Shown here one piece after another: positions 1 to 10,476 of a DNA stretch of 64,000 nt (position 1 is its first letter; each line of letters starts with the position of its first letter). The translations under genes were made by a program, and so were the position numbers. The stretch is from a virus. The notes beneath the pieces are model-generated. The model made no database searches and was not told where the DNA came from. It was given only the letters and a program-made list of their open reading frames with translations. Location: IMG/VR virus record IMGVR_UViG_3300029787_000018, positions 13,140-77,139 of that record, one strand, 5' to 3'.

Positions 1-4
1 AATT

Positions 5-1075
5 ATGAGATCAAAACATCAAATATTACAGGAAAAATTAGACGGATTATTGAACAACAACCAACACATCATGGATGTTGTGGAGAAAATAGACCACGAC
101 GTTAACAAGATGGAGGACGCAATAGTTCCTTTCGGTCCAATGTCAAAAATGAGATTCTACTCTAATGGAGAATTCAATGTAATGATGGGTGGAGAAAAAT
201 ATGAACTCCATAGCAATGCATTGAATCAACTATCTTACCAATTCGGTATTCCGGCATCATATAGCAAAAAGCTTATGCAAACCAAATGGGGCAGAGATTT
301 ATTGCAGGACGTATTCACGCAGCACAACGACAACTCTTCAAGAACTAAGATGTTGGTGCGAAGCGTTGACAACGAGATACGAGGTATTGTATCGGATAAA
401 TATAGACGCTTGGACAGTCGTATCATTTATGAAAGGTTTCTTAGTGTTGCTAAACAAAACGGAGCTGTGCCTATACAAGCCCACTATACCAAAGTGAAAC
501 AGTACATGACCGTAGTGTTTCCTAGGGTCTTTGAAATAAATACGGAGAACAATGGAACCGTATATACCGCATTTGGTGCACGTATTGTAAACGGTGATTA
601 CGGTAACAGTGCATTGCACCTTAATTCATTTATGATGCAATGTGTATGTACGAATGGATTGGTAGGTACAAGCGCATTGAATGTAAAGCATTTAGGTAAA
701 CGTCTTTCACCTGATCTAAAGCTTAGTCAACGTACATATGACCTTGACACAAAGACAATGGCAAGTTCTGTGTACGATATTACAAAGAGCTTGTTATCTG
801 AAGAGGTTATGCTCAAGAATGTAGCGAAAATGAAATCTGCTAGTAACGAAATAATAGACATGGATATGGCTATTAAAAAGTTACCAAAGGAAATCCATAA
901 AGAAGAGATTAAAGGTATTCAGACTATTCTGCAGAATGGTGATGAAGAACGTGGCATCTATGGTAAGCCTACCAAATGGAAACTATCACAAGCCATAACA
1001 GCAATGGCTAATGATGTAGGTGGTTCTCGTAAGCAAGAGCTTGACGAGATAGCTGGGAAATTCTTAAAAATGTAA
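5..1075 (+). CDS. DUF932-like phage protein
   Basis: 356-aa ORF (ATG at 6-8 region). 'LVRS..NEIRGIVSDKYRRLDS' and 'MQCVCTNGLV' resemble DUF932-type early phage proteins; recognised from memory, not searched. Confidence 0.55.
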   Translation: MRSKHQILQEKLDGLLNNNQHIMDVVEKIDHDVNKMEDAIVPFGPMSKMRFYSNGEFNVMMGGEKYELHSNALNQLSYQFGIPASYSKKLMQTKWGRDLLQDVFTQHNDNSSRTKMLVRSVDNEIRGIVSDKYRRLDSRIIYERFLSVAKQNGAVPIQAHYTKVKQYMTVVFPRVFEINTENNGTVYTAFGARIVNGDYGNSALHLNSFMMQCVCTNGLVGTSALNVKHLGKRLSPDLKLSQRTYDLDTKTMASSVYDITKSLLSEEVMLKNVAKMKSASNEIIDMDMAIKKLPKEIHKEEIKGIQTILQNGDEERGIYGKPTKWKLSQAITAMANDVGGSRKQELDEIAGKFLKM

Positions 1076-1076
1076 T

Positions 1077-1346
1077 ATGAAAATTCTATTTGTAATAAAG
1101 AAAGAAAACTTGAATAGTTTTAAGCCTTGTACAATGACACAAGCCGTTACCGAAGTCAAAAATATAGACGAGGTAAACGAGATTATGGATTCGTTTGAAA
1201 AACAAGGATTAAAAGTAACAGGAACCTATCCAGAGGATAAAGAAACTTGGAGAGAATGGCAAAAGAAATCAAAGTTGAAAACAAAGACTTCTACCAACAC
1301 CATGGTAAATACTCATCAAGGACAAAAAGAAGACTTTACCAATTAA
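1077..1346 (+). CDS. hypothetical protein
   Basis: 89-aa ORF directly after the previous stop; overlaps the next ORF. Confidence 0.55.
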   Translation: MKILFVIKKENLNSFKPCTMTQAVTEVKNIDEVNEIMDSFEKQGLKVTGTYPEDKETWREWQKKSKLKTKTSTNTMVNTHQGQKEDFTN

Positions 1347-1807
1347 AAGAGATGGGCTTTACCGAAGTAGGCAATGCTGAATTTGGTATAGAATCTGTAT
1401 TCTCCGGACTTTACATAGAAAAAGTCTGGGATTACTCCAATAAATATTGGAACGATTATATCAAGTTTATAAACGATTGTAAAATGAGCAAAGTAAAGTT
1501 CAAAGATTGGGATTGTAAAGTAGAACTAGGTCAATATGCAAATGGTAGAACAGCCATAACTTTGGTTTCATCAAGAATACATGATGAAGACCCTGACATG
1601 ATGGTTCTTGAAGGAGAGCCTATAGCTACGGCAACCATTAATGTTCCAAAAGCCGATATATCGGATAATGAAGTTATCATTAAAGATTGGTCGGAGAACA
1701 AAGGTATATTGGAATGCTTGATGAAAGCTTTTATTGTTGCCGAACCACATGGCATAATACATACGCCTGGCGCAGATGCATCACTTTGCAAATTGCTCAT
1801 TAAATAA
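1256..1807 (+). CDS. hypothetical protein, C-terminal DUF4313-like region
   Basis: ORF 1247-1807, first ATG at 1256. C-terminal 'YANGRTAI..GEPIATATINVP..IKDWSENKGIL' is a common phage domain. Confidence 0.55.
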   Translation: MAKEIKVENKDFYQHHGKYSSRTKRRLYQLKEMGFTEVGNAEFGIESVFSGLYIEKVWDYSNKYWNDYIKFINDCKMSKVKFKDWDCKVELGQYANGRTAITLVSSRIHDEDPDMMVLEGEPIATATINVPKADISDNEVIIKDWSENKGILECLMKAFIVAEPHGIIHTPGADASLCKLLIK

Positions 1808-1875
1808 TAGTTTAATGCTCGGTAATAGATATTTGTTAACTTAGTCCTGTTATAACACATTAAAAATATATTTAT

Positions 1876-2304
1876 ATGGGACCAAAATTTTCAGATCTTG
1901 AAGCACAGAATCAAGAGATTCAAGCTTCTGGTGTAGCTGACGTTATCGCAATGTCAAATGCACCTTTTGATGCTTTCATAGCACAGACTTACAGTGATTA
2001 CAGAGCGCAGATAATCAAAGACAGAACCGAAGTTGTCGTAGGTGATAAAGCCTATGCCGGTAATGTTGAGGGAATAGTTACAGCAATTACCGACGATGGT
2101 GAAGTAGCACCAGAGGACACAATAATTGAAGTAACCTACAGAACTCCGTATATGCAATCGCCCAATGCAGATTCAGTAGAAAATAGAGTCGTAGAATACA
2201 ACATCATAGATAATGATGATGCTGATTCGGACGGTACAAACAAAGTTACCGCACCTAACGAACTATCTGGTGATGGAGTAGTTTTTTTTAGAATTATAGA
2301 ATAA
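1876..2304 (+). CDS. acidic hypothetical protein
   Basis: 142-aa ORF with AT-rich leader, followed by a terminator. Confidence 0.7.
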   Translation: MGPKFSDLEAQNQEIQASGVADVIAMSNAPFDAFIAQTYSDYRAQIIKDRTEVVVGDKAYAGNVEGIVTAITDDGEVAPEDTIIEVTYRTPYMQSPNADSVENRVVEYNIIDNDDADSDGTNKVTAPNELSGDGVVFFRIIE

Positions 2305-2332
2305 TATCATGTATCATTGCTATTAAATTTAG

Positions 2333-2363
2333 AAAAGCCTGTTTATAATAAACAGGCTTTTTT
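2333..2363 (+). terminator. intrinsic (likely bidirectional) terminator
   Basis: AAAAGCCTGTTTA-taa-TAAACAGGCTTTT perfect 13-bp stem with T tail. Confidence 0.8.
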
Positions 2364-2403
2364 ATTAACCTACTTTTTTTATTAACTTTTTAAAACAGAT
2401 AAA

Positions 2404-3195
2404 ATGAAAAGATTATTATTAGTGTTTAGCACATTTATTTTATTATCTAGTTGTAGTAAAGATGAAATTAAATTAACCGAACAACGTTATGGTTATTTAA
2501 AATTCAATACTAATTATGCAGATGTAACAACATCTAAAACACCTGTTCCTGAGTGTTCCGAAGAAACTCCTATATCCATACATTATAAAATGGTAAATTC
2601 AGAAGGTGTGGACTATTCTAAAACTTTGGGAATTGAAGTTTTTGGAAATAAGTTTAATATAGACCCTTTTATATTAGATGAAGGAGAGTATTTAGTTACC
2701 GATATTACATTATTAGACTCTAATGGAGAAGTTACACATGTTGTACCGGATGAAGTGGACCCTAGATTTCCATTTTCACAATTAGTATCTAAAAGTGTAC
2801 CATTCGATATTAGTATTACAGCAGGTGAAACAACTAATGAAGCAATAGAGGTTATTTGCTATACTGAACAAGAATTCGTAAGTTTTAATGGAGAACTTGG
2901 ATTTGACGGAGATGCTTCAAAGTTTATTTCAATAGGAATTTACGTAGGTATAACATCCGTAGAATGCGTATCCACTATAGGAATATCTACGTTTAATGGT
3001 AGGTCTGAAGTAATATTACCTATACAATCTGATTCACCTATGATATTTCCTATACCAGCTTGGAAAAGTTTCAGCATTAGAGCATATGATGCAGATGGAA
3101 ATGTAGTTTGGGAAAGATTAGATGAACCCGGAAAAGAACCAGACTTTTTACTAACTGCTGGGGAATTTTATTATATAAGTCCAAATTGTAACTAA
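2404..3195 (+). CDS. Bacteroidota-type lipoprotein
   Basis: Signal peptide MKRLLLVFSTFILLSS-C (lipobox) followed by SKDE. Confidence 0.75.
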   Translation: MKRLLLVFSTFILLSSCSKDEIKLTEQRYGYLKFNTNYADVTTSKTPVPECSEETPISIHYKMVNSEGVDYSKTLGIEVFGNKFNIDPFILDEGEYLVTDITLLDSNGEVTHVVPDEVDPRFPFSQLVSKSVPFDISITAGETTNEAIEVICYTEQEFVSFNGELGFDGDASKFISIGIYVGITSVECVSTIGISTFNGRSEVILPIQSDSPMIFPIPAWKSFSIRAYDADGNVVWERLDEPGKEPDFLLTAGEFYYISPNCN

Positions 3196-3201
3196 TAAAA
3201 T

Positions 3202-5724
3202 ATGCAAGAAACGATTGATTGGGGTAGCGACATAGCTATCCAAAGAAATCCTGTTTCTGTAGATTTACCTATTTTACAACCTGGCCAAGTTCATAATGTA
3301 GAAATGATCGAGGCTAGGTTTGAAATAGGTAAAGGTCGTATGATTACCGACGGAACAGGAACCGGAAAAACGTATACGGGTTTAGGTGTAGCTAAAAGAT
3401 TTTCTTTGTTGGGCAAAAATAAACAGCTCATAGTTACGCCTACGGACGATAAATGTAAAGATTGGATATTAGAAGGAAACCGCGTCAATCTTTTTATAAC
3501 ACAATTAAAAGATAGCAATGACATGGGTAGAGGCATTAGAACCACTACCTATGCAAACTTTTATCAAAATCAAGCATTACTACGTGAAGAATTCGATTTG
3601 ATTATATATGATGAAAGTCATTATATAATGCAAAACGCAGCAGGAAAAGAAACATCATGTTTCGATCAACATAAATTGATATGTTCCCTTCCTTCTGTAT
3701 TTGAAAAGCGTGGTGCTTATTTTATAGGTAGAAGACCTTTTACTATCAATAGCCCTAGTGAGGCAACACCAGAAAAAATCCAAGCGAATAAGATTTGGCA
3801 AAAGCGCTGTTACGACAAAGGCCTGGAGCTTTATCACAAGACCAAGGTTTTGTTTATGAGTGCTACTCCTTTTGCATATGTCAAGAACATTAAATATTGT
3901 GATGGACTAATGTGGGATATAGAGGAACGCCTAAACGAGGAACTTCATCCTCATGTTGGTTACGGTCAACCTACTAGGTGGGAGAAATTTTTGATTGATA
4001 ATTTCGGCTATCAAATGAAGAACGGTAAGCTTCAAAAACCTGACGTAGAAGTGGACACTTCTATATTGGAACGTGATTTCTTTGAAAGAGCCAAAGAGAA
4101 AAATCTAATGTCAACAAGAGTTCTCGAACTTGATGTTGATTACTCTAGGCACTTTATTAAAGTAGATACGGAACTAGGATTGAAAATCGATGAATTCTTT
4201 AGCTTGCTATGGAATATCAACGATGTTAAAATGTCCGAGATAAGGTTTATATTCAAAAGACATTTCAACCATATCTTTACTTCTAAGATGGTTGAATCGG
4301 CTAAAGCAGAGAACCTTTTTGACCGTATCGACACACATTTGATGCTAGGTAGGAAAATAGTTATTTTTCATGGATATAATAACATAGATATTACGCATCC
4401 ATTTAGAATAGATAACTGCAGAAAGTATCTTGACAAAGATGAACGTTGGCGTGAACATAGTCTGAATAGATTATTGGAACAGTTCTATGAAGCATACCCT
4501 GAGTATGCAAATTATGATGTAAGTCATTTAAGAAGTGTACCGGAAATAATCAAGGGCAGGTATAAAAAACGTTGTGTTCTTTATAACGGAACTATAGGAA
4601 AACCTAAGCGTAGAAGAGATAAAGACACTTTTATGGACGATGATAGCGATGTAGATATAATCGTTATTCAGTCACAAGCGGGTCAAGCTGGAATATCCTT
4701 GCACGACCTTACAGGTTTCAGACCGCGGGTGTCAATAGATATGTCGTTACCTACCAGGCCACCGGAAGCTATTCAGAAAGAAGGTAGGACTTATAGATGG
4801 GGAAGTTTATCTAATGCCATTTATGAGTACCCTACACTGCAAACGGCTATGGAGCGTATGGTATTTGCATATACTATTGCCGAGCGCACAAGAACCGTGG
4901 AGAATTTAGCGATGGGTAATCTTGCTAGAGATTTAGAGTCCGCCTTTAAGAACGGATACGAAAATTTCGAGGAAGGATTGCCCAATATTGGACAAGGCAG
5001 ATTAGGTAAAGCAGAAGATAAAAAACTGACGGCACCTATATCTCCTTTCCAAAAATCCATTACTTACTACTATCAAAAGCAAAAGGCAAATAAAAAAAGG
5101 AACAAAGCTTTACATACCGATTTCTTTGCTACTCCCGAGCCTATTGCGTTTAAGATGGTGGAATGGGCTAATGACAATGAAAATATGGTATGGCTTGACC
5201 CTAGTTGTGGTGATGGTGCCATTGCCAGATTTTTCCCCGATAACACAAAACGAATCGCTATTGATGTAGATGCAAAGCTTTTGTCGTTATGTAAACTTAA
5301 AGCCAATGTAGATGCCAAACACATGGATTTTATAGAATATAAAATCAATAACAAGGCTGATAGGATAATCATGAATCCACCTTTTGGCTATGGTGGTAAA
5401 ACAGCTATAGAGCATTTGCTGAAAGCATTGATACATTTACGTAAAGATAAAGGCAACGCTAAACTTTATTGTATCATACCTAGAGGTTCTAGTTGTGAAA
5501 AACATTTTGAAAGAATGTCGGAGAGCGCAAATATGAAGTTCTTCAACTATACCGGTGAAATACTTTTACCGAAGTGTACTTTTAATAGGGCTGCAACTTC
5601 TGTAGCTACTAGAATCGTAAGATTTGAAGGAACGCACATAGCACAACATTTCCGTTCCATTGACTTAACCTATGTAGAGAACAACAAACAGTTGTTTGAA
5701 GTGTTTGAACATTTAGAATTTTAG
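3202..5724 (+). CDS. SF2 helicase (strawberry-notch/DarB-like) fused to N6-adenine DNA methyltransferase
   Basis: Walker A GTGTGKT, DESH, SATP, helicase-C 'AGQAGISLHD' and 'IQKEGRTYR'. C-terminal MTase motifs FFATPE, LDPSCGDG and MNPPF. Confidence 0.85.
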   Translation: MQETIDWGSDIAIQRNPVSVDLPILQPGQVHNVEMIEARFEIGKGRMITDGTGTGKTYTGLGVAKRFSLLGKNKQLIVTPTDDKCKDWILEGNRVNLFITQLKDSNDMGRGIRTTTYANFYQNQALLREEFDLIIYDESHYIMQNAAGKETSCFDQHKLICSLPSVFEKRGAYFIGRRPFTINSPSEATPEKIQANKIWQKRCYDKGLELYHKTKVLFMSATPFAYVKNIKYCDGLMWDIEERLNEELHPHVGYGQPTRWEKFLIDNFGYQMKNGKLQKPDVEVDTSILERDFFERAKEKNLMSTRVLELDVDYSRHFIKVDTELGLKIDEFFSLLWNINDVKMSEIRFIFKRHFNHIFTSKMVESAKAENLFDRIDTHLMLGRKIVIFHGYNNIDITHPFRIDNCRKYLDKDERWREHSLNRLLEQFYEAYPEYANYDVSHLRSVPEIIKGRYKKRCVLYNGTIGKPKRRRDKDTFMDDDSDVDIIVIQSQAGQAGISLHDLTGFRPRVSIDMSLPTRPPEAIQKEGRTYRWGSLSNAIYEYPTLQTAMERMVFAYTIAERTRTVENLAMGNLARDLESAFKNGYENFEEGLPNIGQGRLGKAEDKKLTAPISPFQKSITYYYQKQKANKKRNKALHTDFFATPEPIAFKMVEWANDNENMVWLDPSCGDGAIARFFPDNTKRIAIDVDAKLLSLCKLKANVDAKHMDFIEYKINNKADRIIMNPPFGYGGKTAIEHLLKALIHLRKDKGNAKLYCIIPRGSSCEKHFERMSESANMKFFNYTGEILLPKCTFNRAATSVATRIVRFEGTHIAQHFRSIDLTYVENNKQLFEVFEHLEF

Positions 5725-5727
5725 ATT

Positions 5728-5892
5728 ATGGTAAGAATATCAAGTACAACTATTTTTGATTCTATTAAAGAAGTTAAAAAACATGTTGAAAAACAAAATA
5801 TAGATGATGATAGATATATTTTAGTTTCGTGTAATTATGGTGATGTAATGTTTGAAAAAAGAAAAGGAAAAATTAAAAGAGTTTTTATTTAA
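5728..5892 (+). CDS. small hypothetical protein (54 aa, MVRISSTTIF...)
   Basis: Hand-translated open frame filling the gap; its TAA overlaps the primase ATG (TAATG). Confidence 0.55.
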   Translation: MVRISSTTIFDSIKEVKKHVEKQNIDDDRYILVSCNYGDVMFEKRKGKIKRVFI

Positions 5893-6845
5893 TGCAGACC
5901 ATAGACGCTAGTAGAGGTCAGTGGGAGAAGATTTACAATAAGTTGGATTTCCCCCCTATGACCTATAATAGCCATTACAAAGGTCCTTGTCCTATTTGTG
6001 GTAAACATAACCACTTTAGGATTGACGACCGTTCTAGTGATGGCGATTGGATATGTACTTGTGGTAGCGGTAAAGGTATAAGCCTTATACAAGAGGTATT
6101 GCAATTGGACTTTGCCGATGCATGTAAGGTTGTTGATGAAATAATAGGAAACAACCAGAACATCAATATCAATAGTCCAGGATTCAAGTCCAAGGAAGAT
6201 TTAGAAAACGAAAAATATTTAGGTTATTCATATCTTCAAAATACCGATGCGGAGAAGTATTTAAAGAACCGTGGAATACATATATTCCCGAATAACGATT
6301 CTTTAAGGTATTCGCACAACTATGAGTACGATCACACCAAAGGTTTGTATTTCCCTAGTATGGTAGCTAAAGTCCTATCGCATGCAGGCACTTACTCTTA
6401 TACTCACATGACCTTTATTTTCAAGGGTGAAAAGATAGGTCTTGATCCAGCTAGGAAAATATATTCCATTGGTAGCGGTTCAAAAGGAGCCGCTATACGC
6501 TTGTTCAATTACAAAAAAGTCTTGGGCGTTGCAGAAGGTATCGAATCGGCTATGAGCGCATCACAGACATACGACATTCCAGTATGGTCAACATTAAATA
6601 CACAGTTGATGAAAAAGTTCGTGTGTCCTAAAGGTGTAAAACACTTTATCATATTTGCCGACAACGACAAGAACCTTTCCGGACAAGCCGCGGCATTTGA
6701 ATGCGCAAGGCGAAATATGCTCGTTAAAAATGACATAGAATATATCACGATTATTTTTCCTAAAATGATCGGGTATGATTTTAACGATTGCATTATGCAG
6801 AACAATTACGAAATAATTAAACAAAAATTTAGAAAAAATGACTGA
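5892..6845 (+). CDS. DNA primase (Zn-ribbon + TOPRIM, P4-alpha-like)
   Basis: CPICG...HFRIDD...WICTCG zinc ribbon; TOPRIM 'VAEGIESA', 'FADND', 'DFND'. Confidence 0.85.
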   Translation: MQTIDASRGQWEKIYNKLDFPPMTYNSHYKGPCPICGKHNHFRIDDRSSDGDWICTCGSGKGISLIQEVLQLDFADACKVVDEIIGNNQNININSPGFKSKEDLENEKYLGYSYLQNTDAEKYLKNRGIHIFPNNDSLRYSHNYEYDHTKGLYFPSMVAKVLSHAGTYSYTHMTFIFKGEKIGLDPARKIYSIGSGSKGAAIRLFNYKKVLGVAEGIESAMSASQTYDIPVWSTLNTQLMKKFVCPKGVKHFIIFADNDKNLSGQAAAFECARRNMLVKNDIEYITIIFPKMIGYDFNDCIMQNNYEIIKQKFRKND

Positions 6846-8280
6846 GTTTCAAATTAACGTATTAAAGACAAATGGATGGAACCCTAATACTGTGGTTCCA
6901 ATACCCGACTCTATTGTTAAGAAAGCCCAAACAAAAACAAAATGGCAATCAACAGTAGTGGAAATAGATGTACCCGCTATCAAGGAGGCTTTCCCTGATT
7001 GTACGCACATAGCTCATATGCCTTGGCTTAAAGTCAATGGTCTATGGGTAGACTATGAAAAGTTTGCAGTAAGCGAACCAGAGCAAGATATGAAGTTTGA
7101 CGACAGGCTTAACAAAGCCAAGGAAATAGCTGGTAGCGGTGTAGAAGATAAAGCACCGACAACAGCGCCTAAAGTTCCTACGGTTCCTTCTGTTTCAAAA
7201 GCAGAGGAAGCCAAGCCTAAAGAAGAGGAGAAAAAAGAACCGGCACGTTTCAAAAGATATGTTGAACGTTTGGATTACCTTAAAGAAAAAGGACTGGTTC
7301 ACGATACATTGGTAAAAGGTTATGTCAACGAAGCTAAAGACAGATTTGTAGACGCAAACGTTGTCAAGAATTTCGATGCTCCGGAAGATGTTATTGACCA
7401 GGAATTTATAAAGTTCATTGATCAACGTCTTAAAATAGAATTCGAGCATCCCGACAATAAAAAGATTGAAGACTTCATGGATAGTCCTACAGAAGTTCCA
7501 GATGTTACGGAAGGACTTAATAATCTTGAAAAAGTTATTCAGAAATGTGACGACAAAATGAGCGAAGTTCCTAAAAGCTTAACTCTTGCAGAAGAAGAAA
7601 AGATTATCAAGGAACGCGTACAATTTTTAGAAGCTCGTGGTTTTGTTCAGAACAAGCAAACATATGTGTTCCAACATGAAAACTTTAACGACGTTAGCTA
7701 TATGCGTGCCGTTAAGGATGTTTCTCCAAAAGGTCAAATTGTATGGGATGCATTGGCAGAGGATATAGCTAAGTCTATAGAAGTAGACAAAGCTAAGTTT
7801 CCTGAAGCTGAAACATCAATGGATATGATTAAGCCTTCAACTGAAAAAGAAGAAGATGGTGAAATAGGTGTCGGCAAAAACGAAGTCGGTCCTGATTCTG
7901 CAGAAATGGAATGGGCCAAGAAAACAGAAGAAACAAAAGAAGTGGATAGCGTTTCTACAGAAGATTTAGAAGCTGCTGCAGAAAAGTTCGACAATCTTGT
8001 TGCTGAACAGGATAACGCAGAACCACCATTTGTTGAAAATGAAGATGAAGAAGATGATTTAATAGGTGCCGTTGCTGATTACCGAAAAAATCATCCTGAA
8101 AAAGATTCTTTAGACCGTCATTTTGAAAAAGAATTGGAATTTACAAACAGATTAGCCAATCTTTTTACAAATCATTCAGAAGCAATCGTTGCTTTAAGTT
8201 CTATTAAGAATAGTTTGAATTCCAATGGTTCTGATAAAGAAAAATTGGAAGTTATTCAAGAAGTAATCAATAATTTATAA
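6838..8280 (+). CDS. acidic hypothetical protein
   Basis: 480-aa ORF, E/K/D-rich, overlapping the primase stop. Confidence 0.75.
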   Translation: MTEFQINVLKTNGWNPNTVVPIPDSIVKKAQTKTKWQSTVVEIDVPAIKEAFPDCTHIAHMPWLKVNGLWVDYEKFAVSEPEQDMKFDDRLNKAKEIAGSGVEDKAPTTAPKVPTVPSVSKAEEAKPKEEEKKEPARFKRYVERLDYLKEKGLVHDTLVKGYVNEAKDRFVDANVVKNFDAPEDVIDQEFIKFIDQRLKIEFEHPDNKKIEDFMDSPTEVPDVTEGLNNLEKVIQKCDDKMSEVPKSLTLAEEEKIIKERVQFLEARGFVQNKQTYVFQHENFNDVSYMRAVKDVSPKGQIVWDALAEDIAKSIEVDKAKFPEAETSMDMIKPSTEKEEDGEIGVGKNEVGPDSAEMEWAKKTEETKEVDSVSTEDLEAAAEKFDNLVAEQDNAEPPFVENEDEEDDLIGAVADYRKNHPEKDSLDRHFEKELEFTNRLANLFTNHSEAIVALSSIKNSLNSNGSDKEKLEVIQEVINNL

Positions 8281-8290
8281 ATCTACAACT

Positions 8291-8716
8291 ATGTCTAAGT
8301 CTACCGGTTTATTTAAAAACAGGATTAAAAGGGAACTCGATCAACGGGCTTCCGATAATCCATTATTCAAAGAGAAGTACGATAATCCAGAAAAGAATCT
8401 GGACGATTGTATTCAGTACATATTCAGTGAAGTAAAAAATAGTGGTTGCAATGGTTTTGAGGATGAAGAAATATTCTCTATGGCTATTCATTACTATTCA
8501 GAAGCAGACATAAAAGCTTCTGGTAAGAAACTTAGTCCTACCGTTGTTATCAACGAAGAGGTAAAGCTTACTGCAGAAGAAATAGCAACTGCAAAGCAAC
8601 AAGCTAAGGACAAGGTTATTGCCGAGGAAATGAATCGTATACGCAACGTTGGCAAAGTAAATAAAAAGCCTAACGATAAATCAAAGAAACCAGACGAACC
8701 TTTAAGCTTGTTTTAA
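8291..8716 (+). CDS. PcfK-like protein (AcrIIA9 family)
   Basis: 'NPLF..KY.NP.KNLDDCIQYI..EV..SGCNGFEDEEIFSMAIHYY' and terminal 'LSLF' match PcfK; adjacent to a PcfJ-like gene. Confidence 0.8.
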   Translation: MSKSTGLFKNRIKRELDQRASDNPLFKEKYDNPEKNLDDCIQYIFSEVKNSGCNGFEDEEIFSMAIHYYSEADIKASGKKLSPTVVINEEVKLTAEEIATAKQQAKDKVIAEEMNRIRNVGKVNKKPNDKSKKPDEPLSLF

Positions 8717-8717
8717 T

Positions 8718-10079
8718 ATGAAAGCTAGAACTAAAAATCAAAAATGTGTTGTCCAACTTAACAAAAGAATAAAGCCTCTAGGTGTACGAATTAAAAATTG
8801 GGCGAAAGATAGTATTCTTCAAAAAAGAGGTGTCAGATATAAGTCTGGCACCCTTAACTGTTTTGAATGCGGTCATAGGTGGAAAAGTGAGAGCAATGAA
8901 GCTTGGCACGATACTATCATGGAATACATATGTCCATGTTGTAAAAAAGAACTTGCCATTGAAGCTACCAATAAAAGAACTAAAAATGATAATGCATATT
9001 TTACTCATGTTACTACTATTGCCGAATACCAACTTATAAGAACTTTTAAAATAGATGTTAAATATAAAGTTGGTAAAAAACCTAATTATGAAATTTATGA
9101 ATGCTTTAGAGTATTTATAAATGAAAAAGGTCAAGGCGAAGTAGTAGGTTCTCTTAGAGGTGGTATGTTTTATTCTTACTTAGGTTTTTGGAATGGTCCA
9201 ATGATATTAAGAGGTAAAAATACTATATATAGCAAATACACTGAACAAGGTACTTTATATCCTAAGTGGAAGCTTCAAGACTTTGTTATTAAAAGAGGTT
9301 TTTATTATTCTAAGTATCAAGAATCGGAATATATAGTCAGTCATGTTCTTATTGAATTGCTGAAAAACCATAAAGCTGAAACAATCTGGAAAGACGATAG
9401 GGTAATGTTATTCGACTATTGCATTTATGCAAAAAATAAAATAGAAAAGTACTGGCCAACGATTAAAATATGTATTCGTAAAGGTTATGATATGCCTAGT
9501 ATATCTTCTTATTTCGATATGCTGAACGCTCTGGAATATTTTGGAAAGGATTTACGTAACCCAAGATTTGTATGTCCGGATAACTTTTTTGAAGCGCATG
9601 ATTATTGGATCAATAAAAAAGCTAAACGTGAAAAGATTTTAGAAGATAAGCTAAAACATGAAGAACGTATAGCCAAACTGAAAGCCAATAAAAAAGCTGG
9701 TAAGATTTACAACAAAAGAATGGAAGTATATAAAGACCTTTCTTTTGTTACTGATGATATTAAGATAGTACCATTGCTAAAAATTGCTGATGTGGCACTT
9801 GCAGGTGATCTTATGCATCACTGTATCTATAAAACCGATAGCTATTGGAAGGAAAAAGACAATGTTCTATTTGGTACTTTTAAAGATAAAAAGCTTATAG
9901 AAACCACTCAGTTTTCATTAAAGGAAGGTAGATGCAAACATTCCTATGGTGTTAACAATAAAGAATCAAAACACCATAAAGAAATCGTAGGTATACTTAA
10001 TAATGCCAAGGATACTATCAAGCGCTTATCAAGACCTAAAAGAAAGCCCAAGCCTAAAAAAGAATTGGTAGCGGCATAA
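8718..10079 (+). CDS. PcfJ-like protein
   Basis: N-terminal CxxC..CPxC, 'LEYFGKDLRNPRFVCP..AHD' and 'GDLMHHCI' match PcfJ. Confidence 0.8.
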   Translation: MKARTKNQKCVVQLNKRIKPLGVRIKNWAKDSILQKRGVRYKSGTLNCFECGHRWKSESNEAWHDTIMEYICPCCKKELAIEATNKRTKNDNAYFTHVTTIAEYQLIRTFKIDVKYKVGKKPNYEIYECFRVFINEKGQGEVVGSLRGGMFYSYLGFWNGPMILRGKNTIYSKYTEQGTLYPKWKLQDFVIKRGFYYSKYQESEYIVSHVLIELLKNHKAETIWKDDRVMLFDYCIYAKNKIEKYWPTIKICIRKGYDMPSISSYFDMLNALEYFGKDLRNPRFVCPDNFFEAHDYWINKKAKREKILEDKLKHEERIAKLKANKKAGKIYNKRMEVYKDLSFVTDDIKIVPLLKIADVALAGDLMHHCIYKTDSYWKEKDNVLFGTFKDKKLIETTQFSLKEGRCKHSYGVNNKESKHHKEIVGILNNAKDTIKRLSRPKRKPKPKKELVAA

Positions 10080-10137
10080 ATAAACCTTGTTTAGTTCTAT
10101 ATAATTATATAGTTTAGCAGTCTTAAACATATAGATT

Positions 10138-10476
10138 ATGGCTGAAGCTAGAATAGACGTTGCGCGACGTATCAATGAAAAACTTGGCATTCGCGATTTG
10201 GAAATGGTAGAAATGGTTATACAAGAATTAGGACCTGTTATTACAGACATCCTAATGGAAGGCGGCGAAGTACATATTCGTAGTCTTGGGCGTTTCTTCG
10301 CTAAATATAAGGAGAATATGCGTGATCCCAGAAACCCAGATCCAACAGTAAAACTACCCCCGATGTTCCTTGCTAAATTCGTAATGGCAAACACCATTAA
10401 GAACAAGGTTAAAACAAAAAAAGCAGATTACTTCATCAACGAAAAGAAAAAAGAAGATGAGATCAAGGACTCTTGA
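10138..10476 (+). CDS. HU/IHF-like DNA-binding protein
   Basis: 'GGEVHIRSLGRF...RDPRNP...KF' HU arm pattern; basic, 112 aa. Confidence 0.65.
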   Translation: MAEARIDVARRINEKLGIRDLEMVEMVIQELGPVITDILMEGGEVHIRSLGRFFAKYKENMRDPRNPDPTVKLPPMFLAKFVMANTIKNKVKTKKADYFINEKKKEDEIKDS

